DNA from: Pyrinomonadaceae bacterium
GTDB lineage: Bacteria; Acidobacteriota; Blastocatellia; Pyrinomonadales; Pyrinomonadaceae
Reading direction: 5' to 3'
Length of the DNA stretch: 24,000 bases
Assembly: GCA_013003215.1 (NCBI GenBank)
Contig: JABDKD010000164.1
Coordinates: 1-24,000 of the forward strand
In this document: piece by piece, positions 17,633-24,000 of the stretch
Numbering within the stretch: position 1 is the stretch's first letter
Layout of the letters: each line of letters opens with the position of its first letter
Translations under genes and position numbers: made by a program
Notes under the pieces: generated by a model
Seen by the model: the letters and a program-made list of their open reading frames with translations, nothing else
What the model was told of the DNA's origin: nothing
Databases searched by the model: none

Positions 17633-20512
17633 ATGGATTCAGTCAGACAGAGAGCAAGAAATGTAACTGCCAGCGCACGTTTTTTGAGCGCGTGTGCGCT
17701 TATGTGCATTTTGGCTGTGGCAGGTCTGGCTCAGGATGAATCGATCAAAAGAGCCCGGAGCCTTTATGCAGAAGGTACAGCGCTGATCAGTAAGCAAACC
17801 CGTGAATCGTATGAAGAGGCGCTTGAAAAGTATGAGGAGTCCCGCAGCTTGTTTGCGCAGGCAGGTGAAAAGACAGGAGAGGCTAAGTCACTGGTGGGTC
17901 TGGGTTTTGTCTCCGACGGCCTTGGAAGGAATAGTGAGGCCCTGGCGTTTTATGAAAAGGCCTTCGGGATCTTTGATCAGCTCAAAAACAGGCTTTGGGC
18001 TGCCCGGACGCTTAATAACATGGCCCGGATCTATGACGATAGGGGCGATACTCAAAAGGCACTTGAGCTTTTCGAAAAGGCGCTGCCGCTAAGACGAAAA
18101 GCAGGGGATCTTAATGGTGAAGCCGTTACGCTCAACGGAATCGGAGCCGTTTATGTGAAGAATGGCCGATTTGAGGAGGCGCTGCAGTATTACAACCTCG
18201 CTTACGCCGTCCGAAATTCACCTTCTATGCCGGACGACCGCGCGAATCGCCGGGGGATCGCAATCATTCTGAATAACATCGGACGACTATTTGATCAGTT
18301 GGGAGATAAGAAAAAGGCCGCAGTCTATTTGGGAAGATCGCTGCCTCTGCGTCGTGCTACAGGCGATCGAAGCGGAGAGGCTACAACCTTAAACAATCTC
18401 GGACTAGTTGAAGCAGACCGTGGAAATCTGAAAAAAGCTCTTGAGTACTACGAAGAGTCTTTGAAGATCATCAGAGATCTGGGACTTGAATTCCGCGAAG
18501 CGGAGGTCCTGAACAACTCGGCGGTGATCCATATCAATCAGGTTGAACCCAAACTCGCGCTTCCGAAACTCGCCAAATCACTTGCTTACTACCGTTCGGT
18601 CGGTGACAGGGGCGGCGAAGCGACCTCACTTAACAACATAGCTCTTGCGGAACTCCAGACCGACAAAAAAGCTACTCCGGTCAATCTTGTTTCGGCCCTG
18701 CTTATCTCGCGCCAGGCCGGGGAAGCTGCGCTCGAGGCCATGACGCTGAACAATTTGATGTATTTCTGGAAAAAAACCGGGAAGCCGTCAATTGCCGCGT
18801 TTTACGGGAAGCAGTCCGTAAACAAGTACCAGGAAATTCGTTTCGGGATTCGCACTTTGAATGAAGACTCGCGAAGAATCTATCTCGAATCCATCACCGA
18901 CACTTACCGCCAGCTCGCCGATGTTCTGATCGAACTGGGACAGTTTGCCCAGGCGAATCAGGTTCTCAACATGCTAAAGGCTCAGGAATATTTTGACTTC
19001 GTAAGACGCAACAGCGACGAGATCAAGAGACTCGAGTCCACCGTCACGCTTAATCCGAAAGAACGCGAGATGCTTGAGCGGTACAAAGCTATTGCCGAAC
19101 GAGTGACCGCGCTGAGCAAGCGGTATGGGGAACTGGATCTAGAGCGACGTAAGGCACGGCGCCAGGGCGGGGATCTCGATGAGAAAAACTTGGAAGAACA
19201 CGAGTCTCTTGAGAAGCAGCTTCGGGATGCCAATGCCGCGTTTCGGCTGTTTGTAGAGAAACAACTTGCTGAAGAGTTGGGAAAGGAGCGTGTCAAGGAA
19301 GTTGAGTACGACAGGGATCTGCAGGCAAAGCTTCGGCGGTGGGGAGAAGGGACGGTAGCTGTTTATACGGTTTTGAGCAGGGACCGCTATCGGGTGATTC
19401 TGACAACCCCCTTCGTACAGGTAGACGGTAAATACGAAATCAAGGCCGGAGAACTGAATCGAAAGATCTTCAAGTTCAGGGAATCGCTGCAGGACCTTGG
19501 TGCTGATCCGCGGATCCCTGGAAAAGAGCTCTATGACATTCTTTTGAAACCGATAGAAAAGGATCTAAAGGCAGCCGGAGCAAAGACTATTGTCTGGTCG
19601 CTGGACGGTACGCTCAGATACATTCCAATCGCAGCGCTTTCGCCAGATGGAAAATCGTATCTTGTTGAGAAATATAGACATGCGGTCATTACATCGAAAA
19701 CACGGGATGATCTGGACGAGCCAAACAAAAAGTGGAAAGCTCTGGGACTGGGCGTTTCGAAAGCTGCGGAAATCACGAACCCGTCGGATCCGTCAGAGGT
19801 AATCGAGTTCAGTGCGATTCCGGGATCAGTAAACGAGCTCAACGCGATTATTCGTGACGAAAGAAAACCTAGGGAAAAAGGTCTTCTGTTTGGCCGCAGG
19901 TTTGTCGATGAAGACTTCACGCTTGGAGCGTTTGAAGATTCGCTCGCCCTCGAAACAGCGTCCGGTAAACCTGAATACTCGGTGATCCATCTCGCAAGCC
20001 ATTTTCGTCTCGGAAACAATTGGAGCGATTCGTTCCTGCTGCTGGGCAATGGAAAAGTGCTGACCCTGGAGGACTTGAGCAATTCTCCCGGTCTTAGTTT
20101 CGGCGACGTCGAACTTGTCACGCTCTCGGCCTGTGATACGGCCTACGCAAACAGCTCCAATGGAAAGGAGATTGATTCTCTCGCCGGTGCGATCCAAACA
20201 AAAAGCGGTAAAGCCGTTCTCGCGACCCTCTGGGCGGTTGTCGATGAAAGCACCCCCCTGCTAATGACTGAATTCTATAAGCTTCAGGTCGATAACTCCT
20301 CAATGACCAAGGCTGCGGCAATGCGCGAGGTGCAAACAGGATTTATTACCGGAAAACTCAAACCGGACGCGGAGTATATAGAACGACTGGCCAAGGCGTT
20401 TGAGACACGTGGTTCCTCAAACCCATCGAATGCTTTCAAATTCGACAAAAACAAGCCATTCGCTCACCCATACTTTTGGTCACCTTTCGTGCTGATCGGA
20501 AACTGGCGATAG
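17633..20512 (+). CDS. Exported TPR-repeat protein with C-terminal CHAT (caspase HetF-associated with TPRs) domain
   Basis: 959 aa; signal peptide FLSACALMCILAVAGLAQ; repeated TPR units (e.g. GEAVTLNGIGAVYVKNGRFEEALQYYNLAY); CHAT motifs SLDGTLRYIPIAAL, VIHLASHFRL (His), LVTLSACDTAYAN (Cys), TFKLWAVVDES-like VLATLWAVVDESTPLLMTEFY. Confidence 0.93.
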   Translation: MDSVRQRARNVTASARFLSACALMCILAVAGLAQDESIKRARSLYAEGTALISKQTRESYEEALEKYEESRSLFAQAGEKTGEAKSLVGLGFVSDGLGRNSEALAFYEKAFGIFDQLKNRLWAARTLNNMARIYDDRGDTQKALELFEKALPLRRKAGDLNGEAVTLNGIGAVYVKNGRFEEALQYYNLAYAVRNSPSMPDDRANRRGIAIILNNIGRLFDQLGDKKKAAVYLGRSLPLRRATGDRSGEATTLNNLGLVEADRGNLKKALEYYEESLKIIRDLGLEFREAEVLNNSAVIHINQVEPKLALPKLAKSLAYYRSVGDRGGEATSLNNIALAELQTDKKATPVNLVSALLISRQAGEAALEAMTLNNLMYFWKKTGKPSIAAFYGKQSVNKYQEIRFGIRTLNEDSRRIYLESITDTYRQLADVLIELGQFAQANQVLNMLKAQEYFDFVRRNSDEIKRLESTVTLNPKEREMLERYKAIAERVTALSKRYGELDLERRKARRQGGDLDEKNLEEHESLEKQLRDANAAFRLFVEKQLAEELGKERVKEVEYDRDLQAKLRRWGEGTVAVYTVLSRDRYRVILTTPFVQVDGKYEIKAGELNRKIFKFRESLQDLGADPRIPGKELYDILLKPIEKDLKAAGAKTIVWSLDGTLRYIPIAALSPDGKSYLVEKYRHAVITSKTRDDLDEPNKKWKALGLGVSKAAEITNPSDPSEVIEFSAIPGSVNELNAIIRDERKPREKGLLFGRRFVDEDFTLGAFEDSLALETASGKPEYSVIHLASHFRLGNNWSDSFLLLGNGKVLTLEDLSNSPGLSFGDVELVTLSACDTAYANSSNGKEIDSLAGAIQTKSGKAVLATLWAVVDESTPLLMTEFYKLQVDNSSMTKAAAMREVQTGFITGKLKPDAEYIERLAKAFETRGSSNPSNAFKFDKNKPFAHPYFWSPFVLIGNWR

Positions 20513-20549
20513 GGGTTCGTGGACAATTGGGTAAATGGACAACTGGTTG

Positions 20550-20764
20550 AATGGACAATGGATAATGGACAATGGACAATTGGTTTGAGCCGAGTTGGAT
20601 GACTTTTATAATCGGCACCTGTGGGTTTCTATTCTCCATTGGAGAATTGTCTATTGTCCATTAATCCCCGGTGTCCGTTACCTGTTAAATGCACTTTCCA
20701 TAAACCTGAATCGCCCATTTTTTCTTAATCTCATTGTCCATTGGAGAATTGTCCATTGTCCATT
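20550..20764. repeat. TGGACAAT-type repeat units in both orientations
   Basis: + orientation aatggacaatggataatggacaatggacaatt (from 20550); opposite orientation cattggagaattgtctattgtccatt (20637-20662) and near-identical cattggagaattgtccattgtccatt (20739-20764). Confidence 0.85.
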
Positions 20765-21352
20765 TCATGTTTTATCGTCCACTCTCCCGAAGAATCCGAC
20801 CGGGCGTTCGAGGCTTTACGAAGTGCGAATGCGGTAGCCTGCGATACGGAAACATCCGGACTCAAAGCGCAGACAGCAGAGCTTTTCTCGGTTCAGTTCT
20901 CTGACGGTGAATTGAATTGCCTTGTACCGACCTCAGAAGGAGTCCAACTTGGCAGACTCGCTGAACTGCTCGCGGACAAATCAATTACTAAGATATTTCA
21001 CAACGCCCGCTTCGATCTCGGGTTTCTCGAGCACAACGGCTACCCAGTCAAAAACGTCTTCGATACGATGATCGCGGAAAAGGTACTTACAAAGGGTGGG
21101 GATCAATCGGCTTCCCTTGCGGAGACTCTGTATCGTTATTTCGCGGTTGATCTCGACAAATCTCAAAGAAAGAAGTTCGGGCGTTCATGGGACCGGGTCT
21201 GGACACCCGAGCTTGTCGAATACGCGATGAAGGATGTTGCCTATCTACCGGAATTGATGAAGCGTCAAATAAAATGGATGGATGACCTGGGACTTCGGCC
21301 ACAATACAACGCGCAGATCGGGAAACTGATGACGGATGACGAGTCAACTTAG
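20741..21352 (+). CDS. Stand-alone 3'-5' exonuclease domain protein (DnaQ-like/RNase D or Pol I proofreading type)
   Basis: ACDTETSGLKAQTAELFSVQFSD (ExoI DxE), TKIFHNARFDLGFLEHNG (ExoII), YAMKDVAYLPEL (ExoIII YxxxD). The start is uncertain: the ORF opens with TTG inside a repeat. Confidence 0.85.
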   Translation: MENCPLSISCFIVHSPEESDRAFEALRSANAVACDTETSGLKAQTAELFSVQFSDGELNCLVPTSEGVQLGRLAELLADKSITKIFHNARFDLGFLEHNGYPVKNVFDTMIAEKVLTKGGDQSASLAETLYRYFAVDLDKSQRKKFGRSWDRVWTPELVEYAMKDVAYLPELMKRQIKWMDDLGLRPQYNAQIGKLMTDDEST

Positions 21353-21414
21353 ATCTTCCAGTCAAATCAAGTCATTTTTCAGTCTTTTAGTATTCAGTCC
21401 TCAGTCCTTAGACC

Positions 21415-21885
21415 TCAATCCGCAGCCTGCCAACGGTGGTACGCCGGGTGCCCTTCTTTCACAGCAACAAACAACCCCGAACATGTCGCGCAAACCTTGT
21501 CATTCGCGATGAGTTCCGCCTCGACGGTCGCCCGGTCTTCCGAGTGCTCGGTAATCCACGCTCGCATGTGAAGTGTCGTGTCGCTGGGCGTTGGGCGCAG
21601 GAGTTTTACGTTGTAGCTCGCTGTAACCGTGCAGTCAATCTCCGGTTTGCTGTACTCGGTCATAAGAAAGTGCGCTGCTGCCCAGTTCGAGTGACAGTCC
21701 AAAAGACATCCCACAATTCCCCCGCTCATCATGCCCGGAAACGACTCGTGGTGATCTTCGGGAGTCCAGTCGCAGATGTACTCACCGTCCTTTTCGAATG
21801 TTCTGATCCGGAGTCCTTTTTCGTTTGCCGGCCCACATCCGAAACAGATGCTCTTCGGACCGTAAGTTTCCTGTATTGATTTCAT
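21415..21885 (-). CDS. PaaI-family hotdog thioesterase-like protein
   Basis: 156 aa; CFGCGPANEKGLRIR, HHESFPGMMSGGIVGCLLDCHSNWAAAHFL, VTASYNVKLLRPTPSDTTLHMRAWI. Confidence 0.85.
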   Translation of the reverse strand: MKSIQETYGPKSICFGCGPANEKGLRIRTFEKDGEYICDWTPEDHHESFPGMMSGGIVGCLLDCHSNWAAAHFLMTEYSKPEIDCTVTASYNVKLLRPTPSDTTLHMRAWITEHSEDRATVEAELIANDKVCATCSGLFVAVKEGHPAYHRWQAAD

Positions 21886-21918
21886 ACAGGAAGAATACAG
21901 GAGTCAGGATTCTGGATA

Positions 21919-21966
21919 CAGGAGCGCAGGAGCGCAGGAGCGTAGGAGTGAAGGAAAGTAGGAGCG
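21919..21966. repeat. Imperfect tandem repeat, 8-nt unit (c/t/a)AGGAGCG, about 6 copies
   Basis: caggagcg caggagcg caggagcg taggagtg aaggaaag taggagcg. Confidence 0.8.
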
Positions 21967-22013
21967 CGGGACGCGGAGATGCGGGAGGCGGGGAAAAGTC
22001 ACGGAGTGACGAA

Positions 22014-22158
22014 CTGATCGTAGCCGTGGACTTTAGTCCACGGAAGAAGTTCGAAATCGATGTTTGTCGCGTAGCGACAATTGAAATCACGCGTCGCTGA
22101 CGCGACGCCAATCCCACTGGGCTTTGTCCCGTGGTTTGAAAACCACGGCTACGATCAG
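22014..22158. repeat. REP/BIME-like composite element bounded by perfect 16-bp inverted repeats
   Basis: Outer arms CTGATCGTAGCCGTGG (22014-22029) and CCACGGCTACGATCAG (22143-22158). Inner hairpins CCGTGGACT-TT-AGTCCACGG, TTGTCGC-GTA-GCGACAA, GCGTCGC-TGAC-GCGACGC, GTGGTTT-GA-AAACCAC. Confidence 0.9.
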
Positions 22159-22470
22159 CTTGCCGCATACGCGGCTCAATGTGTTTGATCACGCAGGTAT
22201 TCCCCATCACGAACTGGAGCGGGTTACCACAACATGTCCTTTCTTGAGACAGCCGCGGACCCACCAGATATGTAAATAGGATCTGCAATGAGCAAACTGA
22301 GATCAACCAGAGATTCAACGCCAATCTGTAGACACCTGTCCCCGCGCGCTGTTAAAATTGTTTTAACAACCAATCGAATCGGTGCCACTATTTCAGCTAA
22401 CCGGCCCGATTCAAAACCTTACGGGATATCTCAGTTCCGCTCTCCAATTGGAATCCCCAAATAAGAATAA

Positions 22471-24000
22471 ATGCGTAAGATTCTCAAATTTGTTTTTATT
22501 GGCCTATTTCTGTTCGTATGCGGAACTTCCTTTGGAGCAGTCTACGATGTAGGCCCTTCGCGTTCTCTGACCTCTATCGCTGATGTACCCTGGGCGACCC
22601 TGCAACCGGGCGACACGGTTCTTATCCATTGGCGGCAGACGCCTTACAAGGAAAAATGGGTTATCTGCAGACAGGGCTCCGCAAATGCTCCGATAACGAT
22701 CAGCGGGGTTCCAAACGCAAATGGAGATCTTCCCATCATCGACGGGAACGGAGCTGTGACCCCGGCCGGCCTGAATTTCTGGAACGAAGAAAGAGGCGTG
22801 ATCAAGATCGGAGGCGCAAACATACCGTCCGACACGATGCCAATGCATATCATCGTCGAAAACCTGGAGATCCGCAGTGCCCATCCGAATTATCAATTTA
22901 CGAACGACGGCGGAAATACTCAGAGCTACATCAACAACGCAGCCGGGATATATGTCGAAAAGGGCGAAAATATTGTCCTTCGAAACAACATCCTCCATGA
23001 CAATGGAAACGGCCTTTTTATAGGTTCGCCGAACTCCACACCTTCCCGTGACATACTCATAGAGGGCAACTACCTCCATGGCAACGGCGTGGTTGGAAGC
23101 GCTTTCTACCACAACAATTACACCGCAGCACTCAATATCACGTTTCAGTTCAACAGGTTCGGCCCGCTCAGACCCGGAGCAGACGGGAATAACCTGAAGG
23201 ACCGGTCGGCCGGAACGGTAGTTCGGTACAACTGGATCGAAAGCGGCAACCGTCAACTGGATCTAGTCGATGCGGAAGACTCATCTGTGATCGCCAAAGC
23301 TCCCGAGTACCAAAAAACATTTGTATATGGAAACGTATTGATCGAGCCGGACGGCGCGGGAAACTCACAGATCGTGCACTACGGCGGCGACAGTGGCATC
23401 ACCTCGCAGTATCGAAAAGGAAAACTCTATTTCTACAACAACACGGTCGTATCGACCCGTTCCGGCAACACGACGCTTTTCCGTTTATCCACCAACAACG
23501 AATCGGCCGATGCGAGAAACAACATCTTCTATGTGACCGCGACCGGAAACCGACTGGCGCTTCTAAACGCGGCAGGAGTCCTGGACCTTACGCACAACTG
23601 GTTCAAATCCGGCTATCGTGGTTCTCACGGAACCGTTACCGGAACGATCAATGACGCCGGTACGTCCGTAATCGACACGGTACCCGGATTTGTAAATGCA
23701 TCTCTACAGGATTTCGGCTTGAGCGATGGCTCGTCCGCCACCAATGCGGGAACAATACTTCACCCAGACGTACTCCCGGCCCACGCGGTTTCATATGAGT
23801 ACAAAAAACACGGGCAGTCAGCCACCCGGCAGGATGATGGACAGATTGATCTAGGAGCATTCGAAAAGGCCGATCTTCAAATCTCGACGACGGGTCTGGA
23901 TTCGGGTCGTCGAGGAAGAGGTTATCGAGATCAGCTACTCGCTGCCGGCGGTTCCGGTTCATATGTATGGTCTGTGGCAACAGGAGATTTGCCTCCCGGA
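22471..24000 (+). CDS. Secreted parallel beta-helix repeat protein with a putative Ig-like (He_PIG-like) domain at the truncated end; partial, no stop within the window
   Basis: ATG at 22471, open for 510 codons to the window edge: MRKILKFVFIGLFLFVCGTSFGAVYDVGPSRSLTSIADVPWATLQPGDTVLIHWR...; beta-helix motifs NIVLRNNILHDNGNGLFIG, DILIEGNYLHGNG, RYNWIESG; C-terminal GSGSYVWSVATGDLPPG. Absent from the ORF track. Confidence 0.88.
   Translation, partial: MRKILKFVFIGLFLFVCGTSFGAVYDVGPSRSLTSIADVPWATLQPGDTVLIHWRQTPYKEKWVICRQGSANAPITISGVPNANGDLPIIDGNGAVTPAGLNFWNEERGVIKIGGANIPSDTMPMHIIVENLEIRSAHPNYQFTNDGGNTQSYINNAAGIYVEKGENIVLRNNILHDNGNGLFIGSPNSTPSRDILIEGNYLHGNGVVGSAFYHNNYTAALNITFQFNRFGPLRPGADGNNLKDRSAGTVVRYNWIESGNRQLDLVDAEDSSVIAKAPEYQKTFVYGNVLIEPDGAGNSQIVHYGGDSGITSQYRKGKLYFYNNTVVSTRSGNTTLFRLSTNNESADARNNIFYVTATGNRLALLNAAGVLDLTHNWFKSGYRGSHGTVTGTINDAGTSVIDTVPGFVNASLQDFGLSDGSSATNAGTILHPDVLPAHAVSYEYKKHGQSATRQDDGQIDLGAFEKADLQISTTGLDSGRRGRGYRDQLLAAGGSGSYVWSVATGDLPPG

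Noticed and set aside
20550-20764. Possible CRISPR array from the TGGACAAT repeats
   Set aside because: Units are short, irregular, in both orientations and without unique spacers of constant length; no cas genes.
21782-22324. 180-aa minus-strand ORF spanning the tandem repeat and REP-like element
   Set aside because: It overlaps the thioesterase start and is made largely of translated repeats (e.g. PRLSFTPTLLRSCAP).
22504-23256. 250-aa minus-strand ORF
   Set aside because: Antisense to the clearly coding beta-helix gene, which the track missed only because it lacks a stop in the window.

Overview
This looks like a chromosomal window from an Acidobacteriota/Blastocatellia-like genome. The taxon is inferred from the Oar/TonB receptor style, the CHAT-TPR protein and the repeat types, not proven. 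Gene content, left to right: the start of an unknown CDS on the minus strand; a large TonB-dependent receptor with a strong rho-independent terminator; a GT4 glycosyltransferase; an arsenosugar-biosynthesis-like cluster (TIGR04282-type glycosyltransferase, an apparently decayed arsM-like methyltransferase, an AhpD/peroxidase-like protein, ArsS radical SAM); a hairpin-rich intergenic element; pabC-like aminotransferase; a PDZ-multiTM-GAF-PAS histidine kinase; an outer-membrane beta-barrel protein; tRNA-Ser(GCU); gltX; a membrane-anchored acyl-carrier-like protein; a secreted protein of unknown function; a secreted TPR-CHAT protein; a stand-alone 3'-5' exonuclease with no ATG/GTG start, preceded by TGGACAAT-type repeats; a PaaI-like thioesterase; a composite REP-like element; and a partial parallel beta-helix protein that the ORF track misses because it runs off the window. 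The most interesting observation is the arsM-like remnant (5973-6406). Its N- and C-terminal coding pieces are recognisable, but it has an early stop, frameshifts and a missing methyltransferase core, while its pathway neighbours look intact. I found no CRISPR array and no convincing new defence or mobile system.
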